31,706 nucleotides of DNA from a virus. Taxonomy: Duplodnaviria > Caudoviricetes. Numbering within the stretch: position 1 is the first letter of the stretch; the number at the start of each line of letters is the position of its first letter. The stretch spans positions 1 to 31,706 of the IMG/VR virus record IMGVR_UViG_3300048988_000013. One strand, given 5' to 3'. The notes under the pieces were generated by a model. It searched no databases. It saw only the letters and a list, made by a program, of their open reading frames with translations, and was not told the origin of the DNA. This document shows, one piece after another, positions 8,647-17,665 of the stretch. Both the position numbers and the translations under genes were made by a program.

Positions 8647-8813
8647 GGGTTGCCTGCCTCGATGAATTCGACCAGTTTGCGACGCGAGAAGCGCCAGAGT
8701 TTGCCTATGCGGCGGCCGGGCAGCAATGACCTCGAGGCCATCTGCCGTACCGTCGGGGGAGTAAGGTGAAGCAATTCAGCGGCTTGCTCGACGGTGAGGA
8801 TGTCGTCGCTCAT
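8490..8813 (-). CDS. xis: Excisionase-like winged HTH (HTH_17)
   Basis: ILTVEQAAELLHL...TVR......LPGRRIGKLWRFSR; overlaps the int start. Confidence 0.8.
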   Translation of the reverse strand: MSDDILTVEQAAELLHLTPPTVRQMASRSLLPGRRIGKLWRFSRRKLVEFIEAGNPCPSTNDAAPTTTGVDSRSVADAFSNRQEPPTGSKRKSTSSAFRVVSGGKLD

Positions 8814-9304
8814 GAGCGCCCCTTGATCTGGTTGGCGACCGCCGGAATCACCCGCAAATTAACCCCAATATGCAGCCCGCTGACGTGCTTGCCGTGTAAC
8901 GGATAGATATGGTCGACGTGGAAAGGGATGCCGGTGCAAAGGCTTACCCGGGCCGCAGTCTCATAGATCGTTCGAATGTGCTTGCGATCCGCCCAGGCTG
9001 GGGTGCGACGTTTCTTCGATGCACGATGCCAGGAGAAGTACTCCGCGAGTTTTGGCCGGAGTTCCTCGCGCTTAGCGGCATTCCGAGCGTTGCGCTTGAT
9101 GTTCTCGCGACGGCGGTATTCGGCTCTCCAGAATCCCTCCGGGTCGGCCCACCACAGGTTCAACAGATCAGTGGAGAACACCCAAGCGCGCCCGATCTTG
9201 CAAGCTGGCACGTATCCACGTCGACACCACTCACCCAGCGTATCGAGGTGCACTCCTAAACGCTTCGCCGCCTCATCAAGGCGCATTGTGCCGATTTCGC
9301 TCAC
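8810..9304 (-). CDS. Xis-like HTH fused to an HNH endonuclease domain
   Basis: GTG 9304 (GTGA overlap). N-term LDEAAKRLGVH..TL..W.R.G.VPA.KIGRAWVF; C-term RTPAWAD...HVDHIYPL.G..VSGLH...NL.VIPA..N..K. Confidence 0.8.
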   Translation of the reverse strand: MSEIGTMRLDEAAKRLGVHLDTLGEWCRRGYVPACKIGRAWVFSTDLLNLWWADPEGFWRAEYRRRENIKRNARNAAKREELRPKLAEYFSWHRASKKRRTPAWADRKHIRTIYETAARVSLCTGIPFHVDHIYPLHGKHVSGLHIGVNLRVIPAVANQIKGRS

Positions 9305-9468
9305 CCCGGCTTCCCCACCGGCGCCTGCCGCTTCTCGACCGGCCTCAACACCCCGCCGCACTTGCCGCAGCGCTTGAGCGATGCCTGGACGGCCTGGTAC
9401 TTGTGGCCGCACTCAGGATTGGTGCACTCCAAGAGGACGGTGCTTGGCGAATTATCGGCCATGGTCAT
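9301..9468 (-). CDS. Small zinc-ribbon protein (55 aa)
   Basis: Hand translation with ECTNPECGH...RCGKCGG; stop overlaps the next start. Confidence 0.65.
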   Translation of the reverse strand: MTMADNSPSTVLLECTNPECGHKYQAVQASLKRCGKCGGVLRPVEKRQAPVGKPG

Positions 9469-9476
9469 CGGCGCTT

Positions 9477-9731
9477 TCAAAATGGTAGGTGGTCGAAAGT
9501 GTCATCGTGCCTCCCGAATCGCTTGCCACACTCGCTGCATTTGAACGCCCACCAGAACCCCCACCGATAGCTCTCGCCCCATCGGGTAAGCCGCCAAATC
9601 TTCCCCTCGATTCGCTCCCGCCAGCCATATTCATATCCGTGATGCCCGCACCGCTCGCAGTCGTAAACGCAATAGAACTCGGCGCCCTCCGGGTTGTAGT
9701 GATGGCCCACGATGCGACAGATCAGGTTCAC
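9477..9731 (-). CDS. Cys/His zinc-binding protein (DUF1660-like N-terminus)
   Basis: LICRIVGH, CERCG and CSECG motifs. Confidence 0.65.
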   Translation of the reverse strand: MNLICRIVGHHYNPEGAEFYCVYDCERCGHHGYEYGWRERIEGKIWRLTRWGESYRWGFWWAFKCSECGKRFGRHDDTFDHLPF

Positions 9732-9746
9732 GGCTTTACCACTGGA

Positions 9747-9920
9747 TTAGTAGCGGTAGCGTTCATAGTTATCTTCCCGCGCATCCTCTGCGGCTTGTCG
9801 CTCGCGCTCGCTATCCCGCAATTCGTTTTCGCAGGCTGTCGCGCCGCACGAGAATGGCCGGTATGCCCAGTTCACTTGGGTATGCTCGGCGCCGCAGAAA
9901 TCACACTTGACGGTTTTCAC
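9747..9920 (-). CDS. Small Cys-rich protein (57 aa)
   Basis: Hand translation MKTVKCDFCG...SCGATAC...NYERYRY*; GTGA overlap. Confidence 0.6.
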   Translation of the reverse strand: MKTVKCDFCGAEHTQVNWAYRPFSCGATACENELRDSERERQAAEDAREDNYERYRY

Positions 9921-10147
9921 TTCGGCTCTCCTGGTGTTTCACGCGCGGACCGCAGTTCCCGTTCGAAGGCTTCGCCGGCCTCCAATATCTCGGCCGCCGT
10001 TCGCATGCCGTTGTCGAGCGCGGCCCAGGCCGCCTGCTTGATCTTGTGCCGCGCGAACCGGTATGGATCGGACGTGTCATACGAGCCGCCGAAGTCCTCG
10101 ATCATCACGAGTAATCGAGGCAAGCGTTGCGCGATGCTGTCAGCCAT
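9917..10147 (-). CDS. Hypothetical protein
   Basis: MADSIAQRLP...GEPK*; start overlaps the upstream stop. Confidence 0.55.
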   Translation of the reverse strand: MADSIAQRLPRLLVMIEDFGGSYDTSDPYRFARHKIKQAAWAALDNGMRTAAEILEAGEAFERELRSARETPGEPK

Positions 10148-10361
10148 GCTCTGTTCCTCCATCGGCTTTCGCTTCATCGATCGCTCGATACAGGCGAGGG
10201 ACGATACACAATTCGTCGTGCTGGACGTTCTGCGCATAATGGCAAAACCGGCAGTACTGAATGTGCGGGAAACCGGGCCACTTGCCCGCGCGGTACACGC
10301 CTTCCTTCTCAATCGCGTTGAACACGTCACGAAGCAAATGCAGGGTCTCGGTTGGGCTCAC
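10140..10361 (-). CDS. Hypothetical protein with CxxC...H...C motif
   Basis: YCRFCH...QHDELC; coupled to both neighbours. Confidence 0.55.
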   Translation of the reverse strand: MSPTETLHLLRDVFNAIEKEGVYRAGKWPGFPHIQYCRFCHYAQNVQHDELCIVPRLYRAIDEAKADGGTEHG

Positions 10362-10546
10362 TTCGGCTCCGGTAATGGATTATCAGTGAGCCATTTGAGA
10401 ATCAATAGAAACGTCTTCGCGTCGAGAGCCCGATCGTCTTCAGCCCGCATGAGCGTGGCCGCACCTATGCCGATGTCCTTCGCGAGCATGCGCATGCTAA
10501 TTTCGTGGTGGCAGCGATACCCTCTGATGACCTTGCCTAGCCTCAT
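10358..10546 (-). CDS. XRE-family HTH protein (62 aa)
   Basis: LGKVIRGYR....ISMRMLAKDIGIGAATLMRAE; ATGA overlap. Confidence 0.75.
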   Translation of the reverse strand: MRLGKVIRGYRCHHEISMRMLAKDIGIGAATLMRAEDDRALDAKTFLLILKWLTDNPLPEPK

Positions 10547-10734
10547 TTGACAGCCTCGGATGTAGATTGTTTGTCGTCCTCGACGATCACGAGAGTCCGA
10601 ATGAACGCCATGTACGCGACGCCCTGACCGCTGCGGACGCGCCATAGATTCGGCGCATTGATCGCGCCTTCACCCATCGCAAGGATCGTCTCGGCTTCGG
10701 CGTGTGGAATCGGCACCATTCTCGGCTTACTCAT
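10543..10734 (-). CDS. Hypothetical protein
   Basis: RBS AAGGA upstream and ATGA overlap downstream. Confidence 0.55.
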   Translation of the reverse strand: MSKPRMVPIPHAEAETILAMGEGAINAPNLWRVRSGQGVAYMAFIRTLVIVEDDKQSTSEAVK

Positions 10735-10760
10735 GGCTTAGAATCCTTCACTCTCTGTTG

Positions 10761-10907
10761 TTACCACGTCGATGCCCGGCGCACTTTGACCTTGCCGCAA
10801 ATGGTGCATTGGCAGGTCTGAAGCATGGAGTCTGCGTACACGTTGGACTTGATGGCCTCAGTCCATTTGCTCCAGCTGTGCAAAAGATGGAACGTCAATC
10901 TGTTCAT
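10761..10907 (-). CDS. Small zinc-ribbon protein (48 aa)
   Basis: Hand translation MNRLTFHLLHSWSKW...QTCQCTICGKVKVR..*; ATGA overlap. Confidence 0.6.
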   Translation of the reverse strand: MNRLTFHLLHSWSKWTEAIKSNVYADSMLQTCQCTICGKVKVRRASTW

Positions 10908-11404
10908 GGCTTCGATGCCTGGTCAGCTTGTGATGTGCAGATCAGGCAGGCGGGCATGGACCATTGCTCAAGAGGTGGCAGCGGGACTCCGCACTTCACG
11001 CACTTATCTGTGGCTGGCGTTTCCGCTGCCAACGCATCCCGCGCGATCGTCACCACCTCGGTCGAGTACTTGAATCCGTTGGTCAAAAGCAGCAACGCTT
11101 GTCGCATCGTCGCCGGCTTCATGTCCGATAGCTCGGTGAGGCGCGCTTGGGCTTGGGCGAGATCGGCCAGCAACGTGCGCCGCGTCTTCCAGTGAACCTC
11201 GTCTTGCGCCTCCAATTCGCGGATGCGTCTGTTGGCCGCATCAATCAATGCCTCTCGATTGCTACATCGCATATTCGCGGCAACATGGGCATCCTCTTGT
11301 TCCCTGGCAATCAGCCTGGAGTCGGCAAGATCGGCGGCGAGGGCTTCCGCATGCGCGATTAGCTCGGCACGATTTAACGGCAATGACCACGCGGGCTCAC
11401 TCAT
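10904..11404 (-). CDS. Coiled-coil protein with C-terminal Cys4 zinc finger
   Basis: Start ATG 11404 (ATGA overlap); RIRELEA heptads; CVKC...CLIC. Confidence 0.6.
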   Translation of the reverse strand: MSEPAWSLPLNRAELIAHAEALAADLADSRLIAREQEDAHVAANMRCSNREALIDAANRRIRELEAQDEVHWKTRRTLLADLAQAQARLTELSDMKPATMRQALLLLTNGFKYSTEVVTIARDALAAETPATDKCVKCGVPLPPLEQWSMPACLICTSQADQASKP

Positions 11405-11583
11405 TTCGCCTCTCTTTGCGCAGGTGTCACTTTGTGGAACTTCGCATGGTGGCGTCCCTCGCTGTGCTCGATCTTCTGATTCATCAACGTGCAAATCGCA
11501 TCGGCGACCTTTTGCGGATTGGTCGTGATGCCAGCCTCGCGCAGTGCATGGACTAGTCGGCCGCGAGCTTCCTGATCTCTCAT
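11401..11583 (-). CDS. Hypothetical protein
   Basis: 60 aa with ATGA overlaps on both sides. Confidence 0.55.
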   Translation of the reverse strand: MRDQEARGRLVHALREAGITTNPQKVADAICTLMNQKIEHSEGRHHAKFHKVTPAQREAK

Positions 11584-12182
11584 AGTTCCGCCATCGCATG
11601 TTGTGGGTGTTCGTCCCTAATCTGCGCCAGCACGTCCTCAAGCATGTGGTCGTAGCGGCTGATTCCGCTGCCGTCGATAGAATCCGCGATCCCGACCCAA
11701 TTGCGCACGCGCTTAGCCGTGTTCACGCGGCCGACATGCACCCACTTGCCGAGCATCTTTGCCGTCTTAGCCGCCCGGATGGCGATGGGACATATTTTGA
11801 AGGCATCGGTACCGCCGATAAACACGGCCGCAAGATCATCCCAGGGGATGGTTGCATGCTCGATGCCGTCTTGAAGTACCAGTGCCCGCGGTATGCCATT
11901 GGTGAAAGATTTGAAATAGGTGAACAGTTCAACGGTGCGCTGCGCATCTCCGACGATATCCGGAAGGCAGGCGAACACAGGGGCATCTTCCTCGGCTTGC
12001 TCTAGCAGCCGATTCCATGCCTCGCGTTCAAAGGTCTTGAAGCACCCGTTATCCAGACCGTAAGGAATGCCTGGCGCGCGCGCGTAATTTGTCAGCGGCG
12101 TTCGCAGTTGCCAGAAGTCCTCCCCGTACCGTTCCCGGTACTCGGCGATCTTGGCGGGCGAACAGTCGAGCATGATTTTCAA
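11580..12182 (-). CDS. tRNA-guanine transglycosylase-fold protein (TGT/DpdA-like)
   Basis: LDNGCF, PDIVGD, VLQDG, VFIGG, VHVGRVN and DSIDGSG motifs in TGT-like order. Start is TTG 12182 or ATG 12173. Confidence 0.7.
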   Translation of the reverse strand: MKIMLDCSPAKIAEYRERYGEDFWQLRTPLTNYARAPGIPYGLDNGCFKTFEREAWNRLLEQAEEDAPVFACLPDIVGDAQRTVELFTYFKSFTNGIPRALVLQDGIEHATIPWDDLAAVFIGGTDAFKICPIAIRAAKTAKMLGKWVHVGRVNTAKRVRNWVGIADSIDGSGISRYDHMLEDVLAQIRDEHPQHAMAEL

Positions 12183-12314
12183 GGCTGCGCTCCCTTTGCA
12201 GCGGGAAGCACGGCCCAGTCGGTGCCAACGTACCAATTCATTGGGGCTCTCTTTGCGATGCGGAGCGTGCAGCGGCTTGACACTCGCTTGCAGCATATTT
12301 TTGGCATTCCACGA

Positions 12315-13472
<1,158 letters not shown>

Positions 13473-13504
13473 ATTATTTGCTCCTTGCGATACGTTGATA
13501 TCGA

Positions 13505-13582
13505 TCATTTCTGGCCCGCGCGCCAGATCCAACAGCTTTCCGTCTTTTCGATTCGCGCCGCCAAGTATTCGCTAATCGGCAA
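13505..13582 (-). pseudogene. Probable remnant of an HNH homing endonuclease N-terminus (25 aa)
   Basis: Hand translation (L/M)PISEYLAARIEKTESCWIWRAGQK*. RIEKTESCWIW resembles the KV.K...CW.W.G start of HNH_3-type phage endonucleases. Confidence 0.5.
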
Positions 13583-13898
13583 CACGCACCAATTCCTTCG
13601 GTTGATATTCCATTTGGACCGGGAGTAGATATTTGCCTACCGGGACTGAGATTGCGCTGTGCTCTTCATGAATCAGAGCCGATACCTTGGTGACATGCAC
13701 GTAGCGCGCGCCACCCTCGGCCACGTAGAGCTTGACGTTGTGGCTCGTGTCGAGAAACTCGAAACGGTGGTGATGGCCCGTGGCCTCACCTAAGGCAAGG
13801 ATCACCTTGCGACCCTTCGCGGGATGCTTTTTCGCACCTTCGGGGATCTCATCGACGGCGATCAGACATACATCGCCCTGACGTAGAACATTCTTCAC
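13572..13898 (-). CDS. His-rich RQGDV-motif protein, partner of DUF6745
   Basis: RQGDV, LALGEATGHHH, HEEH, G.Y...Q.EY and C-terminal RVAD. Confidence 0.8.
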   Translation of the reverse strand: MKNVLRQGDVCLIAVDEIPEGAKKHPAKGRKVILALGEATGHHHRFEFLDTSHNVKLYVAEGGARYVHVTKVSALIHEEHSAISVPVGKYLLPVQMEYQPKELVRVAD

Positions 13899-14168
13899 TT
13901 AGCGTTTACTCCTGTGATAATCGGCAAATTCACAACTTGCGAAGTGCGAAGTGTGTTTCTCCAAATCGAGCTCATCGTCTTCTGGCTCTACCGTGTCCGC
14001 ATCGACGGGCATGTTCTTGCCGGCCTCGGTTTTGAACCAAATGATTTTTGCGTGGCAGGTGCGGCAGCGCGTGATGCGCCGCTCGTGCGCCTCCAGGGCT
14101 TCCTCCCAGCCGCAGATAGGACAGTGCCCTTCGGTGACCTCGGCGCGATTGCAGGCGGGGCATCTCAT
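13899..14168 (-). CDS. Zinc-binding protein
   Basis: CPAC, CPIC, CRTC...I.W..T..GK.MPVD...HFASC. Confidence 0.7.
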   Translation of the reverse strand: MRCPACNRAEVTEGHCPICGWEEALEAHERRITRCRTCHAKIIWFKTEAGKNMPVDADTVEPEDDELDLEKHTSHFASCEFADYHRSKR

Positions 14169-14401
14169 GGGTCTAGCGCCTCGCGGATGTCGAGGCAGTC
14201 ACCGCACGGCTCAACGCGATCGCGGCTGATTTCGTTATATTCGTAGCGCACCGTCACGACTCCTGTACCGCCGCACGAGCTGCACTCCTTGGCGAGCTCG
14301 AGCAACTTGTCGCGCAGCTGGCAGTTGACCTCGCGCAGCTGGTTGCGCTCTGACAGCAGGGCGGTCCACTCGTCGGCGTCGATGACGATGCGGGTGCTCA
14401 T
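14165..14401 (-). CDS. Coiled-coil plus CxxCxGxG zinc-finger protein
   Basis: CSSCGGTG...PCGDC; ATGA overlaps. Confidence 0.65.
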   Translation of the reverse strand: MSTRIVIDADEWTALLSERNQLREVNCQLRDKLLELAKECSSCGGTGVVTVRYEYNEISRDRVEPCGDCLDIREALDP

Positions 14402-14607
14402 TCCGCCTTCGCCCGCTCAACCGCCTTGGCAAGTACCAGGCCGATGCGCTCATTGCGGTCGGGCCACTCGAAGGGCGCATCGGGATCTCGCCTTGCCGCC
14501 GTCATCATCAAGTGGAGCGCATCCTGCGTGTCGCGCAGTTCCTCGCGTAGTCGGTCCCGTTCGCGCTGGGCTGACAGCAACTCCGCAATTTGCTGGGCGC
14601 GGGTCAC
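14398..14607 (-). CDS. Hypothetical coiled-coil protein
   Basis: 69 aa, translationally coupled to neighbours. Confidence 0.55.
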   Translation of the reverse strand: MTRAQQIAELLSAQRERDRLREELRDTQDALHLMMTAARRDPDAPFEWPDRNERIGLVLAKAVERAKAE

Positions 14608-14810
14608 AGCGACTCCCTTAAATCACACGCACACCGGTCCCGATAGCAGCCGCAGCCGGGACAGACGGCGAGCGGGTCGACCTTGTTCGCGGCGAGCGCA
14701 GCGGCCACCGCCTCAATCGCCTCAATGTCGCGCGCGGTGATGGTGCCTTGCGCCTGCACTCGAACCGGGCCGTGCTTCGTCATGACGGTGGTGCAGCGGC
14801 GGCGGGTCAC
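14604..14810 (-). CDS. Small Cys-rich protein
   Basis: CPGCGC...CAC; GTGA overlaps. Confidence 0.55.
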   Translation of the reverse strand: MTRRRCTTVMTKHGPVRVQAQGTITARDIEAIEAVAAALAANKVDPLAVCPGCGCYRDRCACDLRESL

Positions 14811-15916
14811 GCCGACTGCTCATCGATCCAGGTCTGTGCCTCCGCGTAGAGCTGAGCCGGCAATTCTTCGATGCGGCCGATCTCGTACTTGGCGAGGAAG
14901 AGCGATGCGTCGATCCCCTCCTCGCTCAACTTGTCGTGAATCACCGTGGCCTGATCCACGCTCACCATGGCTGCGGGCGCGAGCCTAAGCTGCGCGGCTT
15001 CGGATGCTTCTTTAAGGCGCTGCTTATCCGCGCCGGGCAGTTTCTTCCATAGCGCACCGCGCCGGCCCTCGAGCGCGGCAAGCTCACTCGCCACCGCTTT
15101 CGCGTAGTCGGCGATGAGCGCATCCACGTCCGCATTGCCCTTGACGCCACCGGCTGCCCAGCGCGCGAGGTCCTCACCGACTTGCTCCGTGAGCTGCGAG
15201 CTCTCGGGCTTGGCGAACAATTCCCGAAACTGCAGCGGCAGTTTGACCATGGCGCGTTCCGCCGGCATCTCTGGCGTCCAGGTCGGCTTTCCTTCGGACC
15301 CCGGCAGCAACAGCGCCTGCAGCACCATCTCGTACATGAACTCATCGCCGCAGATCGGCTGCCAGCCAAGCTGCTCCGGATCCTTGCCCGGGCGCACCTT
15401 GATCTTCTCCTTGGCGCGATAGGTCATGAGCAGGTTCACATTCAGTTGCAGCATTTCGTTGATGAGCCGGCGCCGCGCCTGCTTGGGCGGATTCCACGCC
15501 GCCATCTGCGCCTTTTCCTTGGACACCTTCCACAATGCCGCTAAGCGCTCGGTCTCTCGCTCGTGCCATTCGAGCACGCCGCCCGGGCCTTCATGCTCAT
15601 GACTCATCGAGTCGATGACGATGGTCTTCGCCCCGCGCCGCGCGCAAAAGCGGATCGCCTCGAGATAATCATCCGGTGAGAACGGCGCGGCGAAGCGCAT
15701 ATGGTTGAACTTGAATTTATCCGCGTAGTAGAGCGCGCGGCCATTCTCGGTATCGATGAAGTCGATATCGCCGCCGACGATGCGCTGGATGCCGGTCGCG
15801 ATGCGCAGAGCGGAGTAAGTCTTGCCGCTCGAGGACGGGCCAACGAGTCCGATCAGTAGGCCGACAGTCTTGCGGACCGCGGGGGCAATTTCGAATTGAC
15901 GGGGTTGTGCGCTCAT
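14807..15916 (-). CDS. AAA_24 / Sak4-like recombination ATPase
   Basis: Walker A GPSSSGKT, IDTE, Walker B IVIDSMSHE; directly downstream of a RecE-like nuclease. Confidence 0.8.
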   Translation of the reverse strand: MSAQPRQFEIAPAVRKTVGLLIGLVGPSSSGKTYSALRIATGIQRIVGGDIDFIDTENGRALYYADKFKFNHMRFAAPFSPDDYLEAIRFCARRGAKTIVIDSMSHEHEGPGGVLEWHERETERLAALWKVSKEKAQMAAWNPPKQARRRLINEMLQLNVNLLMTYRAKEKIKVRPGKDPEQLGWQPICGDEFMYEMVLQALLLPGSEGKPTWTPEMPAERAMVKLPLQFRELFAKPESSQLTEQVGEDLARWAAGGVKGNADVDALIADYAKAVASELAALEGRRGALWKKLPGADKQRLKEASEAAQLRLAPAAMVSVDQATVIHDKLSEEGIDASLFLAKYEIGRIEELPAQLYAEAQTWIDEQSA

Positions 15917-16776
15917 GCGGCTTCATCTCCTAGTTCTTGCGATATGACCCATTGCGGTGGTATTAGCGTGATCGCGCCATCGGCGTAGCCCGGCCACGGA
16001 AAGCTCCCCTCGGTGAGCAACTTGTCCCAGAGCGCGAGCGCGCGATTCCAGCGACGCTGACCTATCTCCACGTGATATCCGTCGAGCCGCGCGGCGACGA
16101 CCTCGTAGGGCGGCTCGATCTCACAGAAGAGGAAAACGAAATCACTGCGGCCTTCGGCTTCCGGGACGAGCTGCTCATAGGCGCGGGTATATGCGACCTT
16201 TTGCATGTCATACCCGTACTCGACGATGCAGCGGGCGATGTCTTTCGGGTTCGCCGAGCGCACCTTCTTGATGTCGTAGATGACATGATCGGCGCGGACC
16301 TGGTCCATGCGGCAGCGACACAGGACCTCCCGGTCACGCTTCCACTGATCGGTGTAGTCGGTGAACTCAATGGCGAGTTCCGAACGGCCGCCGAACGGGA
16401 AGCCCTGGTCGGCGGCGTTTTTGTAGATGCGCTCGGCCGCCTTTTGCAGCTTCTCGAAATTATGCGCGAGGATCGGGATCTTGCCGCCGGCGACGATGAT
16501 CTCCTTCGCTTCCTTCGCCGCCTTCGTTCGCCAGTCATCCGCGATGACCATCTCGAAATCAGCGCCGGCGCCGAGCAGCAACTTATGCAGGATCGCGCCT
16601 TCGTCCATGGCCTTCGTGCTGGTGCGCGCCTGGCCGCCGAGGCGCGGATGTTCGAGCCACGCGTGGCGCGGCGATTGCGTGATCAGCGTATGGGCGATCG
16701 ACTGCGAGAGCGACGGCGAGCCGCACGGATCCGCGTGATAGGCCGCTTCGGAGACGTCCAGGATGCGCGCTGCCAT
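15913..16776 (-). CDS. RecE / exonuclease VIII-like PD-(D/E)XK nuclease (DUF3799-like)
   Basis: YHAD...LSQS, G.ILH..LL, CRCRMD...IYDIKK, YGYDMQ..AY, FVFLF.E.EPPY, WPGY. RBS GAAGGA before ATG 16776. Confidence 0.85.
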   Translation of the reverse strand: MAARILDVSEAAYHADPCGSPSLSQSIAHTLITQSPRHAWLEHPRLGGQARTSTKAMDEGAILHKLLLGAGADFEMVIADDWRTKAAKEAKEIIVAGGKIPILAHNFEKLQKAAERIYKNAADQGFPFGGRSELAIEFTDYTDQWKRDREVLCRCRMDQVRADHVIYDIKKVRSANPKDIARCIVEYGYDMQKVAYTRAYEQLVPEAEGRSDFVFLFCEIEPPYEVVAARLDGYHVEIGQRRWNRALALWDKLLTEGSFPWPGYADGAITLIPPQWVISQELGDEAA

Positions 16777-16799
16777 TGAGATTCCTTCGGTGAATGAAA

Positions 16800-17006
16800 C
16801 TAAATTTGTCGACGAAGCAAGGCTGGCGTGACCTCCGCGTCGTGCTCGAATGCCCGCCACATCGCCATGCGCAAGTCCGCCTGGGCGGCGGCGAACTGAA
16901 CGCTAAGATCGGGCGGCAGGTCGACGCTCGCGAGCACGTGAGCCAAGGCGGCCACGGCGGCGGCGTAGGTGCTGCGGTCGATGCAGAGGACCAACGGCGC
17001 GGTCAC
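16800..17006 (-). CDS. Hypothetical protein
   Basis: GTG 17006 (GTGA overlap), Ala-rich helical sequence. Confidence 0.5.
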   Translation of the reverse strand: MTAPLVLCIDRSTYAAAVAALAHVLASVDLPPDLSVQFAAAQADLRMAMWRAFEHDAEVTPALLRRQI

Positions 17007-17227
17007 AGAGCCGCCTTCGTGAGTGTATTGCGGATCTCGTTCGAGATGACGAGGCACGTGGCGGCCATCATGTCTCGATTGAGCATGGCGTTGGCCGCTT
17101 CCATATCATCGAGACTGAGCGCGGCCTTTTTCAGGCACTCCCTCAAATCGATGTTCTCCATAAGCAACCTGTCGCGCTGATGTCGCATCTTGGAGAGCGC
17201 GGCGGTGACTTGATCTATTTCGCTCAT
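17003..17227 (-). CDS. Hypothetical coiled-coil protein
   Basis: 74 aa, ATGA overlap. Confidence 0.55.
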   Translation of the reverse strand: MSEIDQVTAALSKMRHQRDRLLMENIDLRECLKKAALSLDDMEAANAMLNRDMMAATCLVISNEIRNTLTKAAL

Positions 17228-17499
17228 GACAAAAACCGATCCGTCTTCTTGGTACCCCGGAAGGCCGCCATGTTGAAACGGGCGAGTCGCTTATTGCGGA
17301 TCCGCATATCGCGTTTCTCCCGCCAGGTGAGATATCGGCGACACGCTAAGTCGCCGAGCAGCACCAGCACGGCGAGCACGATGACGCAGCCGAAGGCGAT
17401 GATCGCGATCAGGCCGGTCATGAGGTACGCCATGACGGCGAACACGCCGGCCGCCAGAACGCCGATCGAGATCAGGAGGGGCGTGAGGAGGCGGCTCAT
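17224..17499 (-). CDS. Two-TM membrane protein with basic C-terminus
   Basis: ATG 17499; about 45 consecutive largely hydrophobic residues followed by an Arg/Lys-rich tail. Confidence 0.65.
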   Translation of the reverse strand: MSRLLTPLLISIGVLAAGVFAVMAYLMTGLIAIIAFGCVIVLAVLVLLGDLACRRYLTWREKRDMRIRNKRLARFNMAAFRGTKKTDRFLS

Positions 17500-17665
17500 G
17501 GGGACACCACTTCGGTGACCTTGCGATGAGTCGGCCGCTCTGCGTGCCACTCGCGCGCCCAGGCCAACGCCTCGTCATGCGTGGTGCCCCGCCGTGTTCG
17601 GCCGCCGAACATGGTTCCAAAGCCGTCGTTGATTGTGTCGCGGACGCACCAGCCGTAGATGTTGG
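17496..17665 (-). pseudogene. Orphaned 3' half of the gene interrupted by the element at 17666-18488
   Basis: Reads (T)NIYGWCVRDTINDGFGTMFGG...EALAWAREWHAERP...VVSP*, in frame with the 5' half at 18489-18701; its stop overlaps ATG 17499. Confidence 0.8.

Noticed and set aside
9489-10550. 353-aa plus-strand ORF
   Set aside because: Antisense to a chain of tightly coupled minus-strand genes.
12179-12307. 42-aa ORF between DUF6745 and the TGT-like gene
   Set aside because: It overlaps the next start (TTGA) but has no motif or clear RBS; too weak to call.
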